Shown here piece after piece: positions 1 to 13,690 of a stretch of 64,000 bases of DNA. Both the position numbers and the translations under genes were made by a program. Location: positions 193,626,001 to 193,690,000 of the forward strand of contig OZ024742.1 of assembly GCA_964016885.1 (NCBI GenBank). The letters run 5' to 3'. Positions within the stretch are counted from its first letter, which is position 1. The number at the start of each line of letters is the position of its first letter. The notes below the pieces were generated by a model. That model worked only from the letters and a program-made list of their open reading frames with translations. It was not told where the DNA came from and did no database searches. The stretch comes from Eledone cirrhosa (Eukaryota).

Positions 1-180
1 GGCCAGCAATTATCCCAGTGTATTACTGGTACATTATTTTATCGACCCCGTAAGGATGAAAAGCAAAGTTAACCTCGGCGGGATTTGAACTCAGATCATA
101 AAGGGCAGCAACTCTATGTTGCAAAGCATGGCGTCCGACCCTCTACCGAAACTGCCAATCCACCGTCCTAAACACCACCC

Positions 181-181
<1 letters not shown>
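1..181 (-). mobile_element. tRNA-derived SINE, family A (3' end cut by window edge)
   Basis: Minus strand has an A-box-like TGGCAGTTTCGGTAGAG and a B-box GAGTTCAAATCC; near-identical copies at 4875, 27506, 49622, 50645. Confidence 0.85.
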
Positions 182-215
<34 letters not shown>

Positions 216-217
<2 letters not shown>

Positions 218-517
218 CTGCCCATTCGACACGAGAGTGCAAGAGAAGGAGAGGGAGAAAATTAACCGATACCAGGACTTAAAGTGGGAGGTAAAAAGGA
301 TTTGGAACTGCCATGAAGTCAAAATGGTCCCGATTGTCATAGGCGCACTAGGTACTATCTCAAAAAGTTTCCAGGGTTGGTTAAAGAAAATTGGCCCCGT
401 CATGCTTTTTGGAATGCTTCAAAAGGCATGCTTGCTGGGAACAGCAAGAACCCTCCGATACGTCCTGAATATCTGAGGCTGCAGTTAACTAACATCAATG
501 ACTGAGACTCAAAGAAC
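216..517 (+). mobile_element. 3' fragment of an R4/Dong-type (restriction-like endonuclease) non-LTR retrotransposon
   Basis: ORF 237-476 reads KINRYQDL..W..VPIVIGALG..LQKACLLGTARTLR, typical of R4/Dong C-termini; (TAA)n on both sides (181-215, 518-556). Confidence 0.8.
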
Positions 518-523
518 AATAAC

Positions 524-556
<33 letters not shown>

Positions 557-557
<1 letters not shown>

Positions 558-771
558 GTTTCTGATTTAAGCACAAGGACAACAATTTTGGAGGAGGGGA
601 AAGTCGATTAAATCGACCCCAATACATTCCTGGTACTCCATTTTTAAAATACCCCGTTGGGGTCAAAGGAAAAGCTCACCTCGGCAGGATTTGAACTCAG
701 AACGTAATAAGGTGAACAAATACCTCTAAGTATTTGTACAACGTTCTACTGATTCTGCCAAACCCCGCCCT
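557..771 (-). mobile_element. tRNA-derived SINE (family A variant)
   Basis: B-box GAGTTCAAATCC on minus strand, head GGGCGGGGTTTGGCAG, 3' end CCTTGTGCTTAAATCAGAAACC(ATT)n. Confidence 0.8.
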
Positions 772-910
772 AATAATGGTTTCGGATATAGGCACAAGGC
801 CAGCAATATGGGGGGGGGGAGTCGATTAAATCGACTCTTTTATGTAAATGGTGCTTTATTTTATCGATTTCTAATTAAGGAAAGGTAAAATTTGAATATA
901 CAACCCAGGA
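772..910 (-). mobile_element. Partial SINE (family A variant), head-to-tail with the previous copy
   Basis: Same 3' end CCTTGTGCCTATATCCGAAACCATTATT and shared core GTCGATTAAATCGAC. Confidence 0.7.
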
Positions 911-1054
911 TTTGAATATACAACCCAGAACAAATGTTTGATAATAATAACAATGATAATTTTCTAAAAAGTAAAAGCTCCTTCAAATTAGATTCTGCGT
1001 TTCTTGGTAAAAAGCGAATGTTCTTCGAGGGCCCCTGTTTAATTATTGACTTTA

Positions 1055-1231
1055 GCATCGGTAGATGGTCGGACACCATGCTTTGCAGCATAAAGTTATG
1101 GCTCTTTTCCTGCTGTGTTCAAATCTCGCCGAAGTTAATTTTGCCTTTTATCCTTATGGAATCGATAAAATAAAGTACCAGTAACACACTGGGTAATTGC
1201 TGGCCTTGTGCCAACAGTAGAAACAATTATT
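1055..1231 (+). mobile_element. SINE family A copy
   Basis: GTTCAAATCTCGCCGAAGTTAATTTTGCCTTT...GATAAAATAAAGTACCAGTAA...CCTTGTGCCAACAGTAGAAACAATTATT. Confidence 0.8.
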
Positions 1232-1609
1232 CTAGGTAATGCTCTAACATGATTTATAAAGATAAAGGAAAGAGAAACATGATCATATATATATTAATCT
1301 TTCACACAGGATATTGTGTTAACTTAAAGTTGCTTTCAGTCGGAGATATGAACCCCGAGGGCGGCAAGATACGGACAGCCTCAAACACACATATACCCTA
1401 AACCGAATGGCTACGGTAAATTTATACCAAATCGAGGTTGACATCCTTCCCGCCATTTTATTGCATTATATATCGGATAGTGAAAGCAAACTATAAATTC
1501 CAACCCTATAGTTGCACTTCACTTTATTCCCGTCAATGAGAGTGTATATGCGCATCTTGTTAGACTGTTTCATAAAACCACATCAGTTGAATCTGACGTA
1601 CATGTATTC

Positions 1610-1645
<36 letters not shown>

Positions 1646-1830
1646 AAAAGGTAAACAGAAATAACAACACAATCGGTAGAGTATATGGAAGGAATATATT
1701 AGGTTAACGCTTGAAATAGCAGGAAGAGGGTCTTAACGTTTTGGATAGATTGTAGGGACGAGCGGTGTGAAATTTGAAAAAAAATGTTTTTAGAGGAAAG
1801 TAAGAGGTCCATTCATGTTGGCATCTCTTG

Positions 1831-1884
<54 letters not shown>

Positions 1885-1888
<4 letters not shown>

Positions 1889-1998
1889 TTAATATAGATG
1901 AGATTCTACAGGACTAGAACTGTTTCATTCTCTAGAAATCATCATTCCTAAAGAATGAAACAGTTCTAGTCCTGTAGAATCTCATCTGTATTAAAACT
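1885..1998. repeat. Fold-back palindrome (~47-bp arms) next to (TA)n
   Basis: AGTTTTAATATAGATGAGATTCTACAGGACTAGAACTGTTTCATTCT and its near-perfect reverse complement at 1952-1998. Confidence 0.9.
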
Positions 1999-2146
1999 GT
2001 TATACTCTGCAATGTATTGAGTACCTTACTTACTGTGCTTACCTCCGACTCAACCCGGAATAACGTATATATATATATATTCCAAGAGATTATATACATA
2101 TATATACATATATATACAAATGTATATACATAAATATATGTATATA

Positions 2147-2199
<53 letters not shown>

Positions 2200-2204
2200 A
2201 TATG

Positions 2205-2256
<52 letters not shown>

Positions 2257-2260
<4 letters not shown>

Positions 2261-3584
2261 TTAGTCTCATTCATTCTCAGCCCCACACTCATCGACACAG
2301 TCTCAACCTCCTGCATTAAATCCCCTGCCTCCTTCACTGTGTTTGTCACCAAAACTATGTCGTCGGCAAATTCAGCATGCGATATCTTTTTCGCCTTAAC
2401 TCTCCTGCTCTGAGCCGGTGCTACAGTAAAGCCAGAGTCCTGGTGTTTCTCCAGTGCAAGGCGCATACAATAGTCCACTACGATGAGTAAAAGGTAGGGA
2501 GCCAATGTATCTCCCTGGAGCACTCCAGTCAGTATCTCAAAGAACTCTGTCATCCATTTAGGTGTAATGACTTGGGCTTTGGTGTTGGTGTAGAGCAGTG
2601 ATATCAGGTCCACTATATATTCTTGGGGATTTCATAAGCCTGTATGATCTTCAAAAGCCACTCTAGATGTCCATGAACTTCTCCATCTCGGGATGGATAT
2701 AGTTAAGAATCATCCTGTTGAGGGTCCTTGCCACAAGTGACGTCAGTGAGATCCCCCTGTAGTTGTTGGTGTTAGAGTGATCTCCCTTCTTTGGCACAGG
2801 GACGATGTTACTGATCCTCCACTGATTCGGGGCAACTCCTTTCTACAGTGCCTTGTTACAGAACCCCAGGATAATATCATAAAAATCACACTTCTTCATC
2901 ACCTCTGATGCCACTCCTTCTTCTCCATGACTCTTGCTCTCCTTGATCTTCGTCTTGGCTCTCTGAAGCTCCTCTCTGGTGAAGGGCTCTGTCTCAATAT
3001 CCAGTTCTTCAAACAGCCGCCTGATCTCCCCAGTGCTCTGGGCATTGGTGGGCGGCTCTCCTAGTAGGGTCCTAAAATGGTCTAGCCATTTCCTCTTCCT
3101 ATCCTCAGGCCCCGTTCCCTGGATCTGACTCGAACACCTCTTCCTACCTGTGATCTCAATTATGATCATCCAACTATCGTTACATCCAGACCTGTCAACC
3201 GCTCTCTCCACACTTCTGATCTTCTCTATCAGTGCCTCCTCTCTGGCCTCAGAGAATGCTGAGGATGCCTCTGAACATTAATCAGTATACACTGAGGATG
3301 AAAAACTGTATGGGAGCCTCCCAAAAGTCAGCTCAAAAGTGACACAGAGGAGACTGAGGTTAGCTGGACATGCTCACCGTAATCCTGAGTTGGCATTGCA
3401 CTCAGTGCTCCTGTGGGAGCCCGTACATGGACAAACTGGAAGAGAAAGACCAAGCTTAACGTATGTTGATACCCTAAGGACAGACACTGGTCTGTTCGAG
3501 ACACAGGAAATGGCAGTGATAATGAGGGACAGAGACCGGTGGAGAGAACTCGGCCATGGATCTCGGGAATTTTACCCGTCTTAG
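2257..3584. mobile_element. RTE/RTEX-like LINE fragment with a 5' inversion (RT part on -, C-terminal part on +)
   Basis: Minus strand: [11 protein letters not shown] and EFADD RT motifs, with pre-RT region up to ~3250. Plus strand 3253-3584: QRRLRLAGHAHR..VLLWEP..LTYVDTL. Flanked by (TA)n. Confidence 0.8.
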
Positions 3585-3623
3585 ATATATATATGAGTGT
3601 GTGTGTGTGTGTGTATGTGTATA

Positions 3624-3665
<42 letters not shown>

Positions 3666-3818
3666 GTTTCTACTCTCAGGTTTAAGGGAGCTTTATATAT
3701 TTCTCAATATTATTTGGGATTTGTATCGTGAAAAACTGTTCGTCTAAAGAACAATATCTGTGAATGGAAGGGAAAAAAAAAGACTACGATATTGATTTAT
3801 TACTTTCGTAAAGTGCGA

Positions 3819-3923
3819 TATATATATAATATCGATGGTAATGCCCCGAGAATATCACATTCCTCTCAGTTAGATTACAAGAGTGAAACAGTATTCCATT
3901 TATCATTGACAGTTCGTAATCCT
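3819..3923 (+). pseudogene. Degenerate cadherin-repeat-like coding fragment
   Basis: YNIDGNAPRISHSSQLDYKSETVFHLSLTVRN matches the spacing of the cadherin consensus FxIDxxTGxIx5LDYEx4YxLxVxAxD. Confidence 0.4.
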
Positions 3924-4874
3924 AGAATAACAGATATTTGTTTTGTGTCATGGCTACAGGTTTTGTTATTCGTTGTTCGTTTTACGATTTCGTTCTACGT
4001 TCTCGATTTGTATTTTATTGTATTTGCTTTAGAAATATTTACGAGAATCTAAATCATGGTGAAAGATAATCATATAGCTGGAGTTCCACAATTTTCCTCA
4101 ACTTCATTTCTGCACCTTTGTGTGTAAGTGATTTTTACCTACAAACAAATTGGCATATTTATGTAACAAATATTGTCACTACTTTGCTTTCGTATTTTCA
4201 TCTTTCGTTCTTTATTTCGTCTACCATTTATTTATTTTATAATTCCATCGCTTTCTCGCCTCACCAATGAATCTCTTCTTTTGGACACACAAAACATTGC
4301 ACACTCACAAACAAACAGAAACACAATGGTTCGCACATTCACAAAGGCACAGGCACCTACCCACACAGTTATTGGAATTATGTATATGATACAATATGGA
4401 AGAAGTTGGAAGAAACCTAATATAGAAAAAAAACATACAATTTCTATTGCATTCCTCTGTCTATTTCCCTGTTAATATGTTTGTTTTATCCGACGAAAAA
4501 TCCGGGTCTCTTCTGAATATACCATTTATGCCACTCTCTATTGTTCGAGCATATTTAAACAAAACATTGCTATTCGAGTATATTATAGAGTTAGAGAAAT
4601 GCAAACAGAGAGAGAGGGCGGGGATAGAAACATGCCTATAGAGATAAATGAACAATTAGTTAGATAGGTAGAAATAAAGAGATACATGGATAGAGAAAGA
4701 TAGATGGTAAAATGTGATACATACATAGATTAATAGACATAGTTAGCTAGATCTATAGATATGTAGATAGATAAATAGTGAGAGTGTGTTGTATTCAATA
4801 TGACAAGTCATTTCCTACCCTATTCAACAATAGATGGAAAACCATCAGATGCTAATTCATCTTTAGTATCACAC

Positions 4875-5053
4875 TGGATTGGCAGTATTGGTAGAGGGTC
4901 GGACGCCATGCTTTCAAGCATAGTTACGTCCCTTTACGATCTGAGTTTAAATCCCGCCGAGGTTGACTTTGCCTTTCATCCGTACTGGGTCGATAAAATA
5001 AAGTACCAGTAATGCACTGGGTAATTGCTGGCCTGGTGCCTAAAGTAGAAACA
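4875..5053 (+). mobile_element. SINE family A copy
   Basis: TGGATTGGCAGTATTGGTAGAGGGTCGGACGCC...GAGTTTAAATCCCGCCGAGG...TGCCTAAAGTAGAAACAA. Confidence 0.85.
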
Positions 5054-5639
5054 AGTATCACACATATCTTACCGTTAAAATATGAATAGAGAGTTGTGTC
5101 ATCAGCATAGATACAAATCTGCGAAAATATGCCATTGGGAAGATTATTAATGGACATAAAGAACAATATCGAATAAAGCCATGGTGGATACCTGAATTAA
5201 TATGGAAATACTAGAAGGCTGGTCATTCCAGACAACTTTCATTACACGATTTGTTAAGAAACTATTAGTTTGAAATTCCGCCTGCAAATACCATAACCCA
5301 ATAGTGTAGCAATAGAAATTTGAAAACGAATGAATGAATCACCAGGATGTTCTAGAGACTGTAGCTATTGTAAGATTTTACCGAATGAAAACACTGAGAA
5401 CACATATATGAATCAGAGAATCTGTTTGATAAATAAGGCAATATATAAACAGGTCACTACTAGAAATTGAAGAATTTCAGTTTGATCTGCAAAGATGCAA
5501 GATACCAGGAAAACGTTCCAAGAGAAAAGATTCACCACTAGTCAAACCGGTGTGAATATCATGAATATAAGATTTAGAGGCGGGGCTTGGGTGATTTTTA
5601 AAATTATAGCCAAAGACCACAAAGAGACAAATGCCTTCT

Positions 5640-5990
5640 AATAGATATATCTATCCCCACAGACAACAATATATCTCCAAATAAAAAGATCTAGAGATAG
5701 AAATGTCTCGAATGTGGGAAATGAAAACAGAAACAATACATATAATAATCGGCGCTCTAGGAATTATAATAAAAACACAAATCCATAGCTAAAGCCCCAT
5801 CTTTACAAATATATACAGCATACAATAGAGAGCACTACTAGGCACTGCACACATATTATGACAAGTACTATCAATACAATAGAATCAGCAAAAACTACAC
5901 TGCTCATACCCAAGGTGCACAGAGCTGTGCGCGGTAAAGCATTATTAGTGCGCAGTAAAAATAATAATGGAAATAATAATGATAATAATT
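5640..5990 (+). mobile_element. Decayed R4/Dong-type 3' fragment
   Basis: Translates piecewise to IIIGALGII and ALLGTAHIL; ends in degenerate (AAT)n. Confidence 0.6.
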
Positions 5991-8304
5991 ATTTAAAAAG
6001 AAAAGCGCTATTTCAGGCGACTGTTGATCAGAGCCGTCTCTGTAATCGTTACCAAAGAGTGCGCTTTGCTTGCTACTAACCGGGATGCAGCAGCCAGAAA
6101 ACTATCAATCAGTTACCCTCAAAATAAGGTGTCACTGCCATTATTGGGTCAGATTACGAAGATACCAAGACAAATAAAAGTATCATATTCAAGCGGAAGA
6201 AAATAAACAAACAAAATCGGGAAACCATGTTCTTCTAAACAGGAATGAAGGTATCTTTCCACTGATCAACAAACATGGAAGTAGCAAATCCGGGTGAAAG
6301 GCAAACCTATGAGAGACACAGTGCATGTGAGTTTTCCCTCTCACTGATGTGTGTCGGGGTCTCAAGAGAGCTATGATGGGTTTTACTCAGGATTCGAGGG
6401 GCACTCTTCACACACACATAACTACATACTGTTAGCTGGCCGTTGACTCTCATTAGTTTCTCCACTCTTTGACAAGTTTTGATTTTCATTCCACATGGTG
6501 TCTAGAATTATCTCCCCTCACCAAGCAGGCATGGTGTGGCTGACGGATTTGTCACAGGTAATCCACCCATGCAACAGTGCACTTCAGAGTGACCTGACAT
6601 TAATTGTTCATAATAATATATAGTTAAGTTTTCCTCTCTGAAAAAAGAATTTGAACACTAAGAACGAAATTTTAAGAGGATGTCTACATATCTGTGATCA
6701 ACTCTTGTTAAGTGGAAACTCTCATGTAAAAAGCTATATTCTATCATTGTGCAGCAGGGCATATCTTGATACACAAACCTACAGCAGTCAATGGCAAGCG
6801 CGGATGATTTGGTAAAACATGCCAGCCACAGACCACTCCAGACAACAGCTTAACCTAGGAGAGCATCAAAATTGTGAAAGCTAGAAAAAGAATATGGCTT
6901 CGCCAAAACTATCCTGGTAATTTACTATAGATAGCAAGGCAGCCACGGTGGAATTTTGATCCAGAGCGCAACAAGGCAAAACAAATATTACAATGCATTC
7001 TACTCTGAAACAAAAAAGTGAATTCACCATCCAAGTTATATTGTAAATTGAATTTATATGAAGTTAATGCAGTGCTATGTTATATATCAGAAATATTTGA
7101 CATCATAAATAACATTGGCACCAAAATCGTTGAGAGAAATTTTTCATCGAATTATTTTACTTCTTGTCGTGTTAATAAAAGCTGAAACGATAATATTAAA
7201 TTCACTATTATTTAGTGACTGACTCACTTATGTCACACAAATCATGCCTTATCTATTTATGTGAAAGTTTAATGGAGACCCATATGAATATATATACTAG
7301 TATATATATATATGGGGGGGGGGGGGAAGCATGTGTATAATGATGTATGTATATGCGTGTGTTTGCGTGTGTGTATGCTCTGTATTCATATATGTGTAAT
7401 GCATGGAATTGGCAGAGTCGTTAGAAAGACGGATAGGTTTTGCAACATTCGTTCTGAGTTCAAACCCCACATTTCGTGGTCGCTTAACAAATACAATTAA
7501 AATATTAAGGTCGATTCATCATCTTATGTCGCCTTCTTACTTCCTTTATATCGTTCATTAACACAGTCAGGGGATTCGAGTTTTTCGATGACCTAGAATG
7601 AGGGTGAGCCCATGACATTTTAATGACTCAAAAACACAGTATATCCAGGGTCGCCTTTAATGGGTGGGAAATAGGGCGAATTGGGCCCACCAGCTACGGG
7701 CATAACTATGTATTTGTACCCTCTGCTGGGATTTTAAGTGTTATTACTTTGACAAAAAGAACTATATTTTTAACAAAATGTATTTAATGTCCTTACTGCG
7801 GTAAAAGTCATCAAAGTTTTTCAACTTTAGAGATATCAGAACAATATTCGAATAAAAAATATTTCATGTCTCTGTGTAAATTGTTTATGCTGGTATCGCA
7901 TAAACAATGCACACAGTAAACACTCCAAAGTGGTTATGTTAGGAAGGGCATCCAGCAATAGAAACCATGCCAAAAATGTAATGCATCACAAAGATGAATT
8001 CGCTGTGGCATATCTGATCGCGGACTGTGAAAATATCTACAACACATGCCAGTATGGAAAGTGGTCGTTAAACGAGGATCGCTAGACCTTTTGAATGTAA
8101 TGCATGTATGTATACATTTTCAATTCCAATTACTGGAGCCAACCGACTATTGTATGTAAGATTGGTGGTGGTTTCTTGTGTATCCTACATTTTGTGTATG
8201 AGCGGCCCCGCAAACCTGGAGTGCCCCGACACCCCTACCCCCGAGTTCTAAATATGCCCCTCTGACTCAGCTAGACTTTATAGAACCAAACACACATGTA
8301 TAAT

Positions 8305-8447
<143 letters not shown>

Positions 8448-8452
8448 GAGAC

Positions 8453-8531
<79 letters not shown>

Positions 8532-8965
8532 GGAATCGGAAATAGCACGGGAAATATATTTAATAGTCAGCTTTTCTGGGTTTGTTTCCTTTCTTTGATT
8601 CGTCAAGGTGACATTATTGAAAAAATGAGAGGGACAATTATTTAAAAAAAGAGTTTTATAATGTATATAAAATATATAAAGTATTAATAAAATTCATCTT
8701 ATCAAATGTTGAGTTTTGCAATTAAAAAGAATTAACAAGCATTAAAATCTAAAAATTAAAGATCTAAAATTAAGAGGTAAGTTTTTTTCATCTTCCTTGT
8801 TGAGCAGGAGACTGGAGAATTGAACTCTTGTGTATTTACATATGTATATGTAAAGGAGATAATGATGAGTTGATAATACAATTATATAAATCAAAGTGTT
8901 ATTCAAAGCTCGAATATGATATTACTGTCCAGAGTAAGTATGCTAAAAACGGCTCATAGTTTAAT

Positions 8966-8998
<33 letters not shown>

Positions 8999-9224
8999 AG
9001 TGTAATATAGAAGCAGCTTGAACATGGCTAGAACTATTTCATTAAACAAAAATGCTGACATATCCATATATATCCATATATTGAATAATATATTGAATAC
9101 CTTATTTACTCTGGTTACTCCCGTTTGAACGTGGGATACCCCCCCCCCCCCATATATATATATATATATATATATGTTTGTGTGTGTGTATGCATATACA
9201 TATATATATATTAAAAACATATAC

Positions 9225-9900
9225 AAGTTGTGCCACGAATTATGGTACTGTGGGTGCTACGAGTAGGGTACAGATTAGTGGGTTGTGTCGCCGTGTGCCA
9301 TAATATCCAGGGACCATATATCTGCGATATCAACTCTCTGCACTCATTGTATGTTTTTTAACAAGCTTTTGTTTACAGCTCCTCAATTTTAGGCCGTCGA
9401 GCGATAGGCACAGAACAACGAAGCAACCGGAAGTCTCTGGTCCGTCTGGATAAACCTCTGTCAGAATCACTAGTATTACTGCAGCAAGTGTATGGAGATG
9501 AGACGATGTCTCGCTCACGAGGTTTCTAGAGGCACAAAGAGTGTAAATTATCTCTAGGAGAGGAGGGTCTTCAACGAGTAGGACTGCGGTCAACTTTGAT
9601 CGCGTGAGGCAGGTGGTGCATGGTGATCGTCGGCTGACTGATCGCAAGTGAGCTGGGCATGAATCGCTACAGCAATTGGAAGATTATCACCGAGGATTTG
9701 GCATGCGGAAGATTTGCACAAATATAGTACCGAAGGAGCTGAAAGATTAGTAGAGGAGCGGCTTATGCAGGTGTTACAGGAAATCTACCCAGCTTCTTGA
9801 AACCGAATCAAACTTGTTGTGGAAAGGCATGCATCTTTGAGTACGTCCCATTTTCCAGACCTGGAAGCCATGAAGTGGGTTATGATGATGAATCTGTGGC
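9225..9900 (+). mobile_element. Decayed mariner transposase relic
   Basis: Frameshifted remnants of the DRRLT, IITEDLG-MRKIC and xVPKxL (WVPK-like) motifs. Confidence 0.6.
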
Positions 9901-10734
9901 GTGACAGAGAAGGATAGGAAAGTGCATTTAATTTGGGGGAGATTATTTTTATGTGTGGATTTGAAATATATATATACTTATCTTTTTTGCGACTCCAGTA
10001 CTTTCTTGACACACATCACATATACGTATGTATACATATGTATGAGTGTATATTTATATGCATATATAGCGCTAAAAGAACGTTAATAATATTTATAATC
10101 TGAAGAGCGAATGCAGGATTTTTCGGTTCTTTAAACAGTTATATCTGCTGATAAAATTGTGTGCTAAAATATTTCAATATCATTTACACAGATTTCTGTT
10201 AACTTCGTAAATTCTGTAACTGCATAGAGAATGTTATTTTATCGCACACGTATATTGAAATAATTCAATGGTATTTAGCGAATTTCCATTGAATAATTCT
10301 TTTTTGTCATCAGCAGTTTTTGGTTAATACTTTACTCCTTTCATGATTTATCTCACTCTCCTCTCATTTTTAGGTGCAGCATTTATGTACCGATAAAAAA
10401 TATGGAACTAGATAAAATGGAGTATCAACAAGGCTTTTGAATGTATAGTAGCCTTTTTGGTAATTACAGGTCTTATATAAAATCTCAGGGGACAATGATG
10501 CGATGAATTTTAAAAATATGTTAGAGAAAATCGCATTTTTATCATACAGAGATATAAAATATAATTTGATATCTAGAATCAATTATTCTACCCAGTAATT
10601 ATATTCTAAATATTTAATAACTGTTGTCAGTATAATGAATTCAAATGATCATTATATTTTACGGGAAGCCATGGTGTATACGCCGGGGAAGTAGCTATAT
10701 GGTCCCTCCCACTTTCTATTACTATTTTCTGGCT

Positions 10735-10762
10735 ATATATATATATAGGAATATATATATAA

Positions 10763-10848
<86 letters not shown>

Positions 10849-10849
10849 A

Positions 10850-10907
<58 letters not shown>

Positions 10908-10993
10908 TATATTATATATATATATATATAAATATATTATATATATATATATATATATATAAATATATTATATATATATATATATATATATAA

Positions 10994-11060
<67 letters not shown>

Positions 11061-11061
11061 A

Positions 11062-11138
<77 letters not shown>

Positions 11139-11191
11139 AATATATTATATATATATATATATATATATAATATATTTATATATATATAATA

Positions 11192-11228
<37 letters not shown>
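10735..11228. repeat. Compound AT minisatellite (AAATATATT(AT)n units)
   Basis: Repeated AAATATATTATATAT units; orientation flips near 11170. Confidence 0.9.
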
Positions 11229-11230
<2 letters not shown>

Positions 11231-11231
<1 letters not shown>

Positions 11232-11352
11232 GAAAAGAATGACTCACTTGTATTACTAAGCAATTTAATTTAATTTTATAATATTATGATTTATCATAAT
11301 ATTATAAAATTAAATTAAATTGTTTAGAACTACAAGTGAGCCATTCTTTTCC
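11231..11352. repeat. Fold-back palindrome (~60-bp arms)
   Basis: GGAAAAGAATGACTCACTTGTA...ATATTATGAT / ATCATAATAT...TACAAGTGAGCCATTCTTTTCC. Confidence 0.9.
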
Positions 11353-11395
11353 TTTTTTTAAATATAGCTACTGTACCAAGGATTTCACAAATTTC

Positions 11396-11459
<64 letters not shown>

Positions 11460-11466
<7 letters not shown>

Positions 11467-11601
11467 TAACAGATTAAAGTTTAAGCAAATAATCGCTGCT
11501 TTCACCCTTAACGAGATCTTCTGAAACTCTTGAGTTTCAGAAGATCCCATTAAGGGTGAAAGCAGCGAATCTTTGCTTAAACTTTAATCTGTTATTTTAA
11601 T
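11460..11601. repeat. Fold-back palindrome (~70-bp arms); the arm sequence recurs at ~15434-15500 and ~18481-18535
   Basis: TTAAAATAACAGATTAAAGTTTAAGC...CTGAAACTC / GAGTTTCAG...GCTTAAACTTTAATCTGTTATTTTAA. Confidence 0.9.
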
Positions 11602-11692
11602 AAATATTTGCTCTACGGTTCTTATATATCTGATATATATTTATCCTCATCGAGCCCTCTTTGGATTTTAGTCTTCAAATTTATTATTATTA

Positions 11693-11746
<54 letters not shown>

Positions 11747-12379
11747 GAACGATTGACATAAGAAACAATGAGAAAATTTGGAATGTAGTCGTTCCAACGT
11801 AAATGACTCTATGAATAGTAATTGAATAAATATATATGAAGGGTCATTGGAGATAAAAACATGGGCAAATAACACTACGACAGGTTTTTAGTTTAAATGT
11901 TTGTATCTAAATGGACGCAGATGCACCACTGTATGAAGGAGTCAAATGCAGTCTGTAGAATCACATTATACATTTTTCATCCTATAATAACCTACTAATT
12001 CTATGTTTCACCAATATTAATAGCACTTCATTTCCGCCCCTTTATTTCTGGGAGAAACATTTGGGCAGAGTCCACTGACACGCTTTGCAGTTGGTCCAAC
12101 GAAAATCAACCATTTGTAAAGAATCTGCTTGGGTTCGAAAGCGAGTTCAATGCAACTGATAGAGATGCTATCTAACTGTCTTGATCCTAGTCTACATATG
12201 GTCCTCCTGTCGACTGGCTTCGCCTGTAAAATTTATGCTGCCATTCATTCCACAGGAATTCTAACCACGATATCTATATCTATCTATCTCTCTTTCTCTC
12301 TCTCTGTCACTCTCTCTCTGTCTATCTCTCCCTCTATCTATTTCTCTCTCTCACTCACTCTCTCTCTCTCTCTCACTTA

Positions 12380-12427
<48 letters not shown>

Positions 12428-12455
12428 CAATGATACTATATTTATAAAACCATAA

Positions 12456-12517
12456 GTATTTTATTATATATATTTCAAGGGTACCAACATTTGGTACGCA
12501 CTCATCAGATGAAATAC
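12456..12517 (-). ncRNA. Degenerate type I hammerhead ribozyme motif
   Basis: GUAUUUCAU-CUGAUGA-[GUACC/GGUAC]-GAAA-UAUAUA-UA-AUAAAAUAC. Confidence 0.5.
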
Positions 12518-12946
12518 AAAGTTTGTTTTATAAATATTGACATATCCAGGAAGGAGATCTTAACGGTTCAAGTTTTTCCTGGACAGTAAAAGGAAAGAGG
12601 GGAAAGAGAGAAAAATTCAAATATTTCAAATTATTAAGATGAATATGGAAATGAGGTTGAGGTATAGGGCTGAAAAAAACGTTATTTTTAGACGCTAGGT
12701 AGATTTAAATAATCATTAGGATATATATATATGTATGTGTAGTAAGAAGAAAGAGAAAGAAATAAAAGCTTGTATTTACGTGAATTTAAATAGAATTAAC
12801 AGTTTGTAGGAATGGTGGAATATGATTCCAGAATTTTAACAAAATATTTAGCTATATTATGAGTTGTAACATTATATATATAATCAATTAGATTATATGA
12901 AGAATTATGATTGTTAGTACATTTTATCTTATCATATTGCAACAGA

Positions 12947-13185
12947 AGGCGCATGGCTTAGAGGCTAGAGCATTGGGTTTGCAATCGAAAGGTTGTGAGT
13001 TCAATTCTCGGACAGGGTGATGTGTTGTTTCCTGAGCAAGAAACTTTATTTCACGTTGCTCCAGTTTACTCAGCTGTAGAAATAAGTACCGGCCTGACCG
13101 CCCAACCAGTGGGATTGCGTTATCTTTTGGATAAAACGTGACCAGCGGCGCCGATTGGCGCTCGACAGACTGGTCGGTCAAGGTG
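12947..13185 (+). mobile_element. tRNA-derived SINE family B with 13-bp TSD
   Basis: A-box TGGCTTAGAGG, B-box GAGTTCAATTC; TSD ATATTGCAACAGA at 12934-12946 and 13186-13198. Confidence 0.85.
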
Positions 13186-13690
13186 ATATTGCAACAGATT
13201 GTAAGTATATAAATATCTATATAGATTTATAAGTGAACAAGTATAAATATTATTGGTGATTTTATAGAAATAAAATATACGTATCAATTGTTTACATTTC
13301 TAATATGAGTTACGAAGGATGTTGATTTTACATTTTACATACATATTTAAGTTCAAATTGTAAGAGAAGAACGTTGCTCCAGTTTACTCAGCTGTAGAAA
13401 TAAGTACCGGCCTGACCGCCCAACCAGTGGGATTGCGTTATCTTTTGGATAAAACGTGACCAGCGGCGCCGATTGGCGCTCGACAGACTGGTCGGTCAAG
13501 GTGATATTGCAACAGATTGTAAGTATATAAATATCTATATAGATTTATAAGTGAACAAGTATAAATATTATTGGTGATTTTATAGAAATAAAATATACGT
13601 ATCAATTGTTTACATTTCTAATATGAGTTACGAAGGATGTTGATTTTACATTTTACATACATATTTAAGTTCAAATTGTAAGAGAAGAAC
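13053..13690. repeat. Perfect 318-bp tandem duplication
   Basis: ACGTTGCTCCAG starts at 13053 and 13371; the copies appear identical. Confidence 0.9.

Noticed and set aside
4875-4960. tRNA genes
   Set aside because: The A and B boxes belong to SINE heads; no complete cloverleaf.
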